A DNA stretch of 64,000 nt from Setoptus koraiensis (Eukaryota; Animalia; Arthropoda): NCBI GenBank assembly GCA_048013815.1, contig CM106586.1, forward strand, positions 12,586,001-12,650,000. Reading direction: 5' to 3'. Numbering within the stretch: position 1 is the first letter of the stretch; each line of letters opens with the position of its first letter. Positions 49,850-63,578 of the stretch are shown here, in pieces. The notes under the pieces are model-generated. The model worked only from the letters and a program-made list of their open reading frames with translations, was not told the origin of the DNA and made no database searches. The position numbers were made by a program, and so were the translations under genes.

Positions 49850-51877
49850 ATGGACCATCAGACATTAGATGAATTAATGTCCATGATAAGATCTTTTAGG
49901 GTTCATGATTTGCAGGCTCTCCTGAGCTACGCTGGCAAGAATAGGTCTGGCAAAAAACAAGAGCTAAAGGATAGGGCTTTAGATTTATTAAGACAAAGGT
50001 CTATACCAATACATTTACAAGAAAAAATTCGTGAATTACACCTTAGCAAACCATACCCTGTAACGACTTTTTCGGGTAACTCTAATAGTATAAATATCGA
50101 ACCAGAGACTATGAGACAAATAGATATGATGGCACACGATAACCATAGGAGTAATAGTTCATCTGCTAATTCGATTCGAGCTAGTAGTAGCCTTCTCAAT
50201 ACAAACATGTGCATAATGGAGGATAGACCTGACCCAAGCATTTTCAATTTGAATATTTCAGCATTACCAGATTATATGCGCCCACATTTGGAACCCCCTT
50301 CTTACTTCCATACACCAGGAACTACAGGCCTTAATCCCACGGGACCAAACCCAGTTTATCAAACCGCTGCACACTCAGCTCGAAGATCTAATTCTATTGC
50401 GAATCAGCATAGTAGAATAATGCATCACCAACCTCATCATATACCATCACGACCAATACCCAACTATCAAAATCATTATATGAACCACAACCAACCTCAC
50501 ACAAACAACCACCTCCCACAACAGCAAGTAAACCATTTAAACTCATATAGTGTTAATCATGCACATCAGCAGCCTAACGTACATCCTCCAACACCTCTTT
50601 ATGGAACAGCCACACTCCTAACTGAACCCTCAAACGCTAAATTTAAGGGTTTACCTTTCTTTCCTATCATTGAGGAAATAGTACATCCATCCTGCCTCCT
50701 CCCATCGAGTCGTCAGATGAATAGGCCAAATGAATCAACAATTTCTTTCAACTTGACCTCAGCACAAGCAGACAAAATTGCAATGTCAGCTCTATCATCA
50801 AACCCGAAACAATTCGGTCGTCAAATATTGCTGAGGTTCTGTAATTGTGATACACAATTCGAACAAGACGATAATTTCCCTCCAGATTTGCTTGTCGAAG
50901 TCAATCGTAAGCTGGTTGAGCTTCCACCTGCCTTGCACAATCCAAATAAACCAGACAAACAAATTAGAAGGCCTGGAAAACACGTGGATATCACTTCAGT
51001 GTGCAAGCTATGCCCGCACGTTAAAAATCATATAATGATCAAATGGTCAGCAGATCTTCAGAAACCACAGAGAACATACGCTATAACTGTTGTTTTAGTT
51101 AGAAAACTTAATTCCAGTGACCTACTCCAAGATGTAGTGTCAAGAGGATTAAGTGATCAAGAATTGACAAGATCAATGGTTAAAGAAACCCTAACCGCTG
51201 ATGCAGATAGTGAAATTGCCACTACTGTCCTGAGAGGTACTCTTATATGTCCATTAGGAAAGATGAGGATGCGTACGCCATGTAGATCCAGCAAATGTCA
51301 TCACATTCAATGTTTCGACGCGCTGTTGTATCTACAGATGAACGAAAGAAAACCCTCCTGGATCTGTCCCGTCTGTGATCAACCAGCATTGTTCAAGGAT
51401 CTCATAATTGATGGTCTATTCACAGATATACTTAAAGAAACAACGACAACGACGACGGAGGTTCAATTCCACGAAAACGGTTCTTGGAGTGTTGTGCCGA
51501 AGAATGAGGACGGCTACTCTAGAGATATTAAACCTAATACAAATAAGCGTCAATGCCTAGAGTCATCTGGAGTTGCCTCCGGGAGTAACGGTAAATTCGA
51601 GTGTCAAACCAGAAAACCTGAGATAGAAGTAGTCGTCATTAGCGATAGCGAAGACGACGATGATAGGAACGAAGAGAAGGAATCAGATGAAACATCTCAA
51701 GCTTCGGGATCTGTCTATTCCATTTATAGTTCACCAGAGACCGACATACCAAAGACGCCAGAACTACCGGAGCTATCACCTCGAACGGTGGATGCGAATA
51801 TTTATGACAGTCACCCCGTTACGTCCTCTGTTTTCGTTGGAAATTTTGGCTCTGGAGCAAATGAACCTCCAAGATAA
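49850..51877 (+). CDS. PIAS: E3 SUMO ligase PIAS / Su(var)2-10 (SAP-PINIT-SP-RING-SIM), intronless
   Basis: SAP (FRVHDLQALLSYAGKNRSGKKQEL), PINIT region, SP-RING (CPLGKMRM..PCR...CHHIQCFDA...W.CPVC), SIM (EVVVISDSEDDD). Confidence 0.97.
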   Translation: MDHQTLDELMSMIRSFRVHDLQALLSYAGKNRSGKKQELKDRALDLLRQRSIPIHLQEKIRELHLSKPYPVTTFSGNSNSINIEPETMRQIDMMAHDNHRSNSSSANSIRASSSLLNTNMCIMEDRPDPSIFNLNISALPDYMRPHLEPPSYFHTPGTTGLNPTGPNPVYQTAAHSARRSNSIANQHSRIMHHQPHHIPSRPIPNYQNHYMNHNQPHTNNHLPQQQVNHLNSYSVNHAHQQPNVHPPTPLYGTATLLTEPSNAKFKGLPFFPIIEEIVHPSCLLPSSRQMNRPNESTISFNLTSAQADKIAMSALSSNPKQFGRQILLRFCNCDTQFEQDDNFPPDLLVEVNRKLVELPPALHNPNKPDKQIRRPGKHVDITSVCKLCPHVKNHIMIKWSADLQKPQRTYAITVVLVRKLNSSDLLQDVVSRGLSDQELTRSMVKETLTADADSEIATTVLRGTLICPLGKMRMRTPCRSSKCHHIQCFDALLYLQMNERKPSWICPVCDQPALFKDLIIDGLFTDILKETTTTTTEVQFHENGSWSVVPKNEDGYSRDIKPNTNKRQCLESSGVASGSNGKFECQTRKPEIEVVVISDSEDDDDRNEEKESDETSQASGSVYSIYSSPETDIPKTPELPELSPRTVDANIYDSHPVTSSVFVGNFGSGANEPPR

Positions 51878-52055
51878 GATCCAGAAAATAGGTTTTATTA
51901 ATTAATGTTGAATTGGGCTATATGATAGTAGCAATCAATCATATTAAATTGTCAGAATTGTGTCTCTCATCGTTAATTATTTGTAAAAATTTAATATATC
52001 CAAAGTATATTCGTCGCTATTTTCAACAAGTGATCTAATTTGCACATTCAGACTT

Positions 52056-52589
52056 TCAGCCTTCAATGTTATCGTTAAATTGTACATCGTTAGTCACCTC
52101 CATCTTGTCAGAATCGTTGTATTCTTGAGTGAGGCTTATCCCATGGTTTTTTATCCATAGTTGAGGATCCGCCTTTGTTTCAATGATAGGCGGTTTACCT
52201 TTAGCCCGGATCTCTCTTTTAAGCCTCTGTTTGTGGCGTTTCAGAATGATGAGAAATTGATTGGATTCATCGTCACCCAGGTCGTGAGAAGATACACTAC
52301 ATTTCTTATTAGTATTTGAGCATGAAGAATCAATTTTTTTACTTCCTTTGTTGCTCACATCACCCGCGTCACTGTCGCTATCCGCTGAGTCGTAGTCATC
52401 TTTGGTAGAGCGTATATTTCTCATGATATGATAATATTTCATTTTGGCTTTTTGTTTAATACGCTCGTCAATATCATAATTGAGATCATCTAAGTACTTA
52501 TAACTGTTCAGACAGGCTACAATAGATCTAGTTGACTGAGTATCGCTAACCTTATGTGAACTAAACATGGCATTGATTTGATGCTCCAT
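52056..52589 (-). CDS. Hypothetical 177-aa charged protein
   Basis: ATG-started ORF between PIAS and the SARA polyA signal, with an acidic DSDSD tract and a basic helix; no family recognised. Confidence 0.55.
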   Translation of the reverse strand: MEHQINAMFSSHKVSDTQSTRSIVACLNSYKYLDDLNYDIDERIKQKAKMKYYHIMRNIRSTKDDYDSADSDSDAGDVSNKGSKKIDSSCSNTNKKCSVSSHDLGDDESNQFLIILKRHKQRLKREIRAKGKPPIIETKADPQLWIKNHGISLTQEYNDSDKMEVTNDVQFNDNIEG

Positions 52590-53182
52590 AATGATAAGTT
52601 TTCCACAACCTGAAATATTACAATTGAAATAATTTTAAAGCTGCTGCATATCGGTATTTCTAGTAGTGTTGGCGTGACGATTTTCCATTGCTAGATCAGG
52701 CACTTGCTCGTGGTATTCAAGAATTTTACGGATACAATGGTTGAAATCCCAAATAATATGAGTAAATCAGAAAAAATCTTGCTTGTATATCAAGCGCTAA
52801 GAGTAAGAGATCAACAGGATCACCAATAAACTTGCTAATGAATACACTGTATTTATATTGAGTTGCTTGGTAGGGATACCACAATACCCGAACTTCTGTG
52901 GGCGTGATATGCAACACGGTATACGGGCCGCACAAAAACGGTACCAGAGATTCAACGCAATGCAAATCAACAAATGTTGAGTATAGACTGTCCAAAATAG
53001 AATTTATATTTGTCAGCTCCGTCAAGATATTGCAATGTTGTTGTCTCAGGATAAATTTAATATATTAATCTGATTGCTTATGTCTGTCATCAGATATATT
53101 GGAAGGGCGATACTCCTTTCTTACAATTGATTTTAACCACTAATTAGTATACTTTATTATCTAAAGACTATATAACTTTAAC

Positions 53183-56149
53183 TTATGTCCTTAAAATATA
53201 AAAAAACAATTCCATAACAAGATTCATAGTGCCACCTAGAGATGAAATAACAGGAAGTATCGTTGCATCCAAATCGTGGATGTAAGATAATGGCAATGGA
53301 CATCCTTTAGATCCTACATCGAATCCAATCTGCATAGAGAATGATTTAGGTTTTATGCGTGTGTGGTGGTTAGTGTCTCTAATATAACTATGAATTTCCG
53401 TCGGAGAATAATGTTACTTACCTCATCAATTGACTCATTTAGAATCAGGCGTAATGCTAGTACATCTCTACCCTCTTCAATTAGTCTATCAAGATGCTTG
53501 GTCATCGCAAAACAAAAAGATTGCGCCACTTCCTCGGCAAGATGGCTGATATCTATCTCACTAAGATCCTGTTCATTTTTGCTTAAAAAGACATCAGTCC
53601 ATCTGATTGAGTAACGTTCCCCTACATAATCAGCGCTATTCTGAACTTTTATGTTCTTATCATGTTCCAAAGGTCGATTATCTATTGGACTTTTTACTCT
53701 GCATAATAGAAAGAAACCGAAAAGTCTGGTAAATAATCGCGTGGGAAAAGTAGAATCATGTAGTCACTGATTATATTAAGGCTTACCCAAATGGATCAGA
53801 GGGTAGATCTTCGTTGGCTACCCAAATAACTGACACTCTTTTTAACAAATCCGGTTTATCTGGACCGACTACAAGAATCAACGATGGGGGAGAGTAAAAG
53901 CGGATCGTTAGTGATATTGAACAAAATCTCATGTGTTGTTGATGATCCTAGTCGAACAGCACGCACTTACCTCCCGTTTCTATGCTAAACTCGCTCATAG
54001 TTTGTAAAGAACCTCTTAATGCTGTCAAGGTGTGAGATTGAATTTGTATCAGTAAACCATCCTCAACAACACTTATCTTTGCTACTTGACCAGGCTGAGT
54101 TGCTTTCAGAGCACCACTAAATATTACAAAACTCGCTCCTATCTGTCCGTGACATTTACTTATGTCACATAATTCATATTTGTTATTATATACTTGAGTA
54201 TCATGCTGACCATCATCATTTTGAACTGAAACAAGATGACTAGTTGCCTCGGTGCATATGTCTGACATCCATGATAAAACGTGTTCGTTATTAGAGTTAG
54301 ATAACACTTTCATGACTTGTTGGTAGTGGTCCATAGGAAACTTTATGACCACTTTTTCTTGATCTATATCAACTAGAATTCTCATCTTGGGAACCGATTC
54401 AACTGAATATCGGTAGTTGCGTAAATCTGCTAAAATTCCAATTATAGTATGTCCTACTTCATAGTAAACTGGTGGTCGATCGCGCAAACTGGCTATCATG
54501 AATGGATATGAGTAATGTTCGATACCCAATCTTAACAGTAATCTCAAGGGGAAAACTTTCAGCCATGGTACCTCCCACTTTTGAACAAGTATTGCCACCA
54601 AGAAAGGCATCTTTGGAATAGTGAGATTCCCAAAACAGTGTCTATTTACCGGGCGCGTGAAGAGTACACCGGCAACATTTTTATTCCCAAAGAGGCCATC
54701 TGTAAACAAAAGATTCCCGAGATTTCCGAATGATTGTCCTCGCAATGATAATTCATGGATTGTTAAGTATAGTTTGAAAACATCCCTCGGCAAAGATCTT
54801 TCGTTTGTAGGCTTATCAAGTACAAAAACTACTTCTCTACGACCTAAAAGAGCTAAACCCTCTGATCTAAAGTACCAGAATTCTCGACAGACATCAGTCG
54901 GTGAGTTAATCATTTTTTGTATTAGCGTAATATTAGTATTTTGGGTTTCAGTGTTAGAGGTAGAAGATCCATCCTCACAAGTGGTTATCTGTGAGATATT
55001 CTGTCTCTGATTATTCTTCCTCATGCACCAGCTCTCGTCTATGATTTTGACATATATGTAAAAGTTTTTCAATAGAATGAACTTAACAGTATTTTCTTCA
55101 TTTCCAGTCTTACTGGCGAGCTCGACGAAACTACTCACACGGTTATCTTGTGTATGAGTTTCAGGATGAAGATTTGATTTGTCACTGCTAGATTCGGTCG
55201 ACATAACTAGATCAGGTGCCAAATCTTGACCAAACACTGAGCTGAAAGACGAATTTTCCTGTGTGCTAAGCTTAGGTTGTTGATCATCAGTTGGCTTTTG
55301 CTCCATTACAATGGGAGGAAGAAATCCTAATTCATCGCTCAATGTGACATGTTTAATTTCATGCAATGAAGACTTTGATTCTGTATTGTGTTTACTACTT
55401 TTTTTTCTTCTAGATCTAGATCCTAGTTTGACAAAGTGCCTATTCCTTCTCTCTACTCCGGCAATCCCGGACGTTAACGGAGGCATGGAGCATGAAGACT
55501 CACAGAGATCCGTTCCTGGTCGAATGCCATCGGAAAAAATGACTTGTTTATTCACTGTTTGCTGTTGACCTGAAGTATTGCCTACCACATTGTGAGATTT
55601 ATCCCGTGAGGATGAACTAGTCCTCAAGACACCTTGCACATGTGCGTTCTGATTGCTGTTTCCAACTAAGTTTATTTCTGGCGAGGTTGCTTCATAATTT
55701 GTAGAGGTAGATTGTTGCGGCTGAACTGATTGCCTCGGATACTCTTGTGTCGGAGCTGTTGATGAATCATTTGTTTCCAATCGATCAACACCGTCTTGAA
55801 TGTGATTGCTATAGGTACGTTCGTTCTCATTTTGTCTCAATATAGAATTACTGGACATAAATGATTCTGTTGGCCTCGTCAATGTTATAGCTAGTAAGCG
55901 GATACAACTATCACAGACTCTCGCTTCCTTGTTGTTTAGGTAGGGTAATCTTGCTTTCAAATGACAACAGTCAGAACAAAATATCTTCCCACATGATCGA
56001 CAATGATGTCTTCTTCTCAATAATGTAAATTCGACGCTGCATAGTTGACAAGATGAAACATCGTTATCAGGTATCCAAGTCGGTGGATGAGTTCCTGGAA
56101 CTCTTACTGGGCTATCCACTTCTTGATCGTCGTGATCCATATTTAACAC
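53183..56149 (-). CDS. ZFYVE9: SARA/endofin (ZFYVE9/16): FYVE + PP1-binding motif + DUF3480; exons 56149-53971, 53868-53787, 53698-53422, 53329-53183
   Basis: FYVE WIPD...RRRHHCRSCG...RVC; KQVIFSDGIRP; IRWTDVF; C-terminal VMELFFYIL; three GT-AG introns, all in phase. Confidence 0.93.
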
Positions 56150-57262
56150 CGTTAGCCTGAACGTGATAATAATTTAGTTAGCTCAAAAATAAATCATTAA
56201 ATCCATTCGGTTGAATAAAAATGGCAATAATCCTCAGTTGTAGTATCTGATCCAGTCGGTACCTTCAGTAATATCTCCACGAGAGCAGGATTTGATAACA
56301 ATAACTATTACAGAAAGAGCAGCCTCAACAAAGTGAACATATTTGCTTTGAGATATTTCATCATTTTAAGGATAGAACATTGTCTTTGACTCTTGTTATG
56401 ATTTCCATCTACTATCGTGTATAACAGTACAATAATATCAACAACTTTCGTAAGCGCCGATCAAACCGTCGGATGATATGAGAATATGATTTAAATGTAT
56501 AAATCCAGTTCAACATCTATGTACGTAGTATATATGTGTTCTTGAATAGTACAGACATAACGGGAACGAATTCTCAAAACAAAAAGGTAGCCTAGCCTCC
56601 AGACTTTGGAGTTTTTTACGCATACGAATACCATGATGGCGGGCTATTCGAACGCTCTTGAATTGGAAATGTTGTGGAGCGAAGGCTCGCTCCGAGAGAG
56701 ATGAAAATTATCAGATTATATCATCTCCTCTTAATATCTTAAACTAGAATCAATAATTAATCGTTTGTTTTCATTGATTGATCTAATCTGACAAGTTTCA
56801 TTGAATTTTGGGTAAAACTCCGAGCGAAAAAATATCGATCCACAACACGATAAATTAGATTGCGACTATTATGCGAGTATCAGTTACTTGTGGAGCGTGT
56901 TTGCATAATTCAAAGTTCATTTAAAGTTCATGCATAATCGATTTAACAGCTCATGATGACAATTCAAATGCTCAATAAACAAATTTTCTTATCGATTATG
57001 AGTGTTCTCATGACTCGTTTTTGTGAGCCTGGAATAGTCTCCTTCTCAACTCTCACTTTAACCAACGTTCACATTCGATGTTACATCGTATCACTGATTT
57101 TTAAACTGTGTTTATAATAATGATTTGTAAACGGGCAGATCAATCAACGTCTATTAGCCGATTGTTACTTGAATACATCTTTAGCTTAAAGTCTTTCACT
57201 AAAAGATCTCTCAGAGATCGATCGAAACAGGAAATAAAATTAATTAAATTTACCATCTAACC

Positions 57263-57757
57263 ATGGACATGTGGAGTATAAGTCCAAGAGAACTGACAAA
57301 ATCAATGGTCATGGAAAAACTTTCCACTGGCGCCAATAGTGAAATTGCCACCACTGTCTTAAGGATCACCCTTATATGTCCAATAGGAAAGATGAGGATA
57401 CGTTCGCCATGTAGATCTAGCAAATGCAATCACATTCAATGTTTTGACGCGATGTTGTATATACAAATGAACGAGAAAAGACCCTCTTGGATATGTCCTG
57501 TCTGTAATAAGCCTGCATTGCGCGAAGATCTCATAATTGATAGTTTATTCACAGATATACTCAAGAAGACACCAACAACAACGACGCAAGTAGAATTCCA
57601 TGAGAATGGGTCTTGGACTACTGTCTCAGAGGATCGGTATCACTTTGCAGACATTCAACTCAACTCGAACACACTCCAAATGGGGTCCTATGTGACTTCG
57701 CACGGGAGCAAGAAGCAGATAGAGATCATTGTTATCAGCGATAGCGAGGATGATTAG
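57263..57757 (+). CDS. Mini-PIAS paralogue (164 aa): SP-RING + acidic SIM only
   Basis: About 85/112 aa identical (hand count) to PIAS over the segment starting at 51161; all Zn ligands kept; many synonymous changes; stop immediately after the SIM. Confidence 0.85.
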   Translation: MDMWSISPRELTKSMVMEKLSTGANSEIATTVLRITLICPIGKMRIRSPCRSSKCNHIQCFDAMLYIQMNEKRPSWICPVCNKPALREDLIIDSLFTDILKKTPTTTTQVEFHENGSWTTVSEDRYHFADIQLNSNTLQMGSYVTSHGSKKQIEIIVISDSEDD

Positions 57758-58457
57758 TACAATGAGGATTTGGACAAATCAGACTTTTGAAGGACCTTTG
57801 CCTGGATTTTAACCCCATTGAGTGATGATATCAATCGATTATGATGAAATGTAATGTCTGTTTCAATCATTCGAAGTCGATTACCTGTAGAAATTCAAAT
57901 TCGAACGCTTATTGAAATGCATATTATCCATATTATCAACTCCCTTTGTTATAGTTCGACACATGATAAAAGTTATTCCATTTAAAGCGCGGGTATTTTA
58001 GTTCCGGTCCGAGTGATCAGTTGATGATGATGCGGGCATTTCCAGGTGCGCATTGTGTTTGCCGGCACCACCAACCAGTGGTACCAAAACTAAAAACAAC
58101 TGGCGACAACGGCGTTCCAACGAAGATGCGCGTGTATGTTCATGCAACAGATTCATCCATACGCACGCACGCACACGCACGCACACAAACCAACTGTCCA
58201 TGATCGCCACATTCACTTTCGGTTGCGATGATTTTCAACGGTTTCGGCTCGTTATCAACAGGAACCAATTTTTTGGTTGGCCTCCGAAAGCGACATTATT
58301 CCAGTATAAATTATCCATATAAAACAGCAAAAATATCATTGATCCGCTTTGCTTGAGTTGAAAATCTTCCACCATCTACATAATAAAGACATCATATACA
58401 TTGGAGACACTAACCTAAATTCATTACAGCACAAATTTTCCTCAAAATACAGCAATT

Positions 58458-59537
58458 ATGGGTTGTTCAATGAGCTCGTCGGCCGAACGTGCTGCCCAAA
58501 TTAGATCAAAAAAAATTGATCATGATCTACGCAGAGAGAATGCGCGTAAGGCGGGCGAAGTTAAACTGCTATTGCTGGGAGCTGGAGAATCTGGAAAATC
58601 TACCATAGTTAAGCAAATCAAGATTATACACGAGTCATGCTTCACCGAAGATGAATGCATGCAACACAAATCAATAGTACATAACAATGCTATCCAAAGT
58701 TTGAAGGCCATACTAACTGGCATGAACAAGCTACACATCGACCTGGATGATGAAGCCAAACTTGAAGATGTTGAATTTTTTGTGCGGTGCTATCTGGATG
58801 CCCAGAGAGACTTGAGGTCTATGCCAGAGCTAACACCAGAACTGGCTAAAGTAATGAAAAATATTTGGGAAGACAGGGGAGTTCAGTTGTCGTTGCGACG
58901 GTCCAACGAATACCAACTAAATGACTCGGCAGAATACTTTCTCAATGCATTGTCACGTATATCTCATCCTGCCTATATACCCACTCAACAGGATGTATTG
59001 AGAACACGAGTTAAAACCACTGGTATAATCGAAACTAAATTTAGATACAGGGGACTGTTATTCAGATTATTTGATGTTGGTGGACAACGAAGCGAGAGGA
59101 GCAAATGGATACATTGTTTCGATGGTGTTACAGCCATTATATTTTGTGTAGCATTATCTGGATATGATCTGACATTATACGAAGATGAAAAAGTCAATAG
59201 AATACAAGAGAGCATGAAATTATTCGAATCCATATGCAACAATAAGCTGTTTACAGATACCACAATAATACTATTCTTAAACAAAAAAGACTTATTCAAA
59301 CAAAAAATTTGTCGATCATCACTTAAACTAGCCTTCCCAGAATACAATGGTAATAACACTTATGAGGAAGCTGCTGCTTACATAAGATATAGATTCGAAT
59401 CGCTGAATAAGAATAGAGACAAGAAGATCTTCACGCATCTCACATGTGCTACCAACCAACAAAACATGGAACTGGTCTTCGAAGCCGTCACTAATGACAT
59501 TCTGAAACGTAACCTCAATGGTCATAATCTCTACTAA
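58458..59537 (+). CDS. Heterotrimeric G protein alpha subunit, Gi/Go family, divergent and intronless
   Basis: [39 protein letters not shown]; closest to Go ([12 protein letters not shown]-terminal Tyr). Confidence 0.93.
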   Translation: MGCSMSSSAERAAQIRSKKIDHDLRRENARKAGEVKLLLLGAGESGKSTIVKQIKIIHESCFTEDECMQHKSIVHNNAIQSLKAILTGMNKLHIDLDDEAKLEDVEFFVRCYLDAQRDLRSMPELTPELAKVMKNIWEDRGVQLSLRRSNEYQLNDSAEYFLNALSRISHPAYIPTQQDVLRTRVKTTGIIETKFRYRGLLFRLFDVGGQRSERSKWIHCFDGVTAIIFCVALSGYDLTLYEDEKVNRIQESMKLFESICNNKLFTDTTIILFLNKKDLFKQKICRSSLKLAFPEYNGNNTYEEAAAYIRYRFESLNKNRDKKIFTHLTCATNQQNMELVFEAVTNDILKRNLNGHNLY

Positions 59538-59974
59538 AATTATAATCTGAAAAAGTAAAAGCAAAAAAGACGATCTTGAATAATCAGTCATCAATCAAAC
59601 AGAATCTACCTACTCTTATCTAACTATCCTCTAATCTTGTCAACAAATCCGCATGCTGAGTTTATTTTATTGAATAATCAATAAACCGATTACAAATCTT
59701 CACAAGTCATGGGTTATATCATTGTTCTCTTTCCCAAGTTATTGTCTTGAGTGCTAATTACCGATAAGGATCCAACTTGACAGTTTTATAAACTGTGAGA
59801 TTTATTTTATTCAAAATTGCCGCACCGAAAAAAGTTTTCTATCGTGCAGTTAGAACACGTGTTTGGGACAATTAAGAATAGGAGATCACCATCACAACAT
59901 CGATGATACTTCAGCTAGGTTGCTTATCTTGTTGTATATTTATCTAGATTGTATCTAGTATAGTCATCATCTTA

Positions 59975-61344
59975 ATGTCTCAGAAACAAGTGAATAATCA
60001 GAAATATCTGCAAAGGTTTGTTTCAGGGTATGGAGTTACTTTTCCCAGTGAGTACTTATGGAGCAAAAATCACCTTTTCTCAAACCATCTAAGTCATGAC
60101 CAGATAATAATTAAAAACTCAATTTTTGATTTACAGGTGATGAAAAAAGACGAACTTTGCAGGAGTATGGGAGAGAGGCGTGGAGTGAAATATTCCGCAA
60201 GCTGGATATCCAACAGGACTCTGTAATCTTATTTTGCGGAGCCAAAAATGTTGGAAAATCGTCATTAGTGAGATACATCGTGAACAGGGTAGTCAGATCT
60301 CGCACAGTGAATGGCGAATCGTCCGACAGATCACCAGACGATGATTTCAGCCATGTCTACTACATGGACTGTGATCCGGGACAACCAGAGATGACAACAC
60401 CAGGAGTGTTATCGGCTCATCTTATAAAGTCTGGCGAGAGTCTGCAAATGCCACCCTATCTCAACATGCTACAGCACGAGGTCATAGCAATATCCAGCGT
60501 CGCTGGTACGAATATGTCCACTGACCCGAAAATTTATGTTGATACATGTCAGTATATATTCAAGAAAATAGAACACCACATGGATATCATAGGAAAACGG
60601 CGTCCTATTTTCATAAATACTATGGGTCATATAAGGAATGTGGGTTTGGCAATGCTCATAGATTTGATCAAATTATCTCAGCCAACAGATGTCATTGTAC
60701 TCAATATAAAGAATGATTCGAACAGGACTATCTATTGTGACTTTTCAGCTAAAGAGATCCAGGGAACGCCTTATTCTTTCTCCGATGCTAGTGAACAAAA
60801 CAACGATAGTTCCTCGCTAAATTATAAACTGTGGGTTGAAAACTTGGAATTCTCCTTTCCTGATTCTCGAAAAACGTCCACGAATAACAGACTCGCATCT
60901 ATGTTGGCCTATCTAGCTTACATTCCTGAGGCTCTTTATCTACCGATAGACAAGACACCACCAAAGTTTCTCAAGATGGACGGATTATTGACACATTGCG
61001 CCTCGAGTTATCCTCTTAAGCCGAGCATTGTGTTAGATCTATTACCCAACTCATGGATCCATCTTTGTCACATCGATCCTAAACAAGTTACTCTTTCTCT
61101 GAAGGCGAGTTCCGTTTCCAATCAACAAAATAATACCTCACTAACATTGGCACAGAACATCAGGGATAACTCTTTTTACGGTTGTGGTATAATTCTGGGT
61201 TTAGATCTTCAGCAATTAAAAATTGAACTGATTACACCGTTAGACCAGTTAACGTTAGACACAAAGATAAATTTGATTATTAAGCCACTGTCAATACAAG
61301 TTCCAAGCGTCATTTTCGCAGACACCAGCACAGTAAATGACTAG
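59975..61344 (+). CDS. NOL9: Polynucleotide 5'-hydroxyl kinase NOL9/Grc3; exons 59975-60047 and 60137-61344
   Basis: P-loop GAKNVGKSS, DCDPGQPEMT.PG, INTMG, G.GII.G.D; phase-1 GT-AG intron. Confidence 0.88.
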
Positions 61345-61833
61345 CCTTGATAAAGAATTGTTATACAAACCACCTTAGGTGTGAGTAATAAAAGAACTCA
61401 GACAGTCTTCTGGGGAAAAGTAATCTCAAAAGTCACCTAGTTTTTTCTTGCTCGCGTTTTTATAGAAGTGCTTCAAATGCCATCGAAATGAAGTTTTGCC
61501 CTCTGTGACAAGCATAATAGGGTCATCTCATTCTGAATAGACCACAGTAACTGTTTAAAACTTATCCTCATTTGGTGGCATCTAAATCATTTAATTCATG
61601 GAAGCACTTGTCTCGTAGAGATACCAAAATAACACTAAAATGTGAATAGAATCTAAAGTAATTCTTTTTTTATAGTATACTATGCATAGTGAGAATTTTA
61701 TCTCTCGGCAAACTAATCGTGTGTTAGTCGATTCAGAGTCACTTCGCACGATTATTATATCAAGCCTGAGAATGGTCGTTTGTGCAGATGGCTTATTTAT
61801 CATATATTAATTTAATATATTAGTTTTTCTAAC

Positions 61834-63578
<1,745 letters not shown>

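Noticed and set aside
52726-53025. 99-aa minus-strand ORF
   Set aside because: No ATG, lies just past the SARA polyA signal, and has no recognisable motif; a faint SNAPC1-like impression was too weak to report.
56676-56693. Perfect 7-bp hairpin GGAGCGA-aggc-TCGCTCC
   Set aside because: Isolated; no C/D or H/ACA layout or miRNA-length stem could be supported.
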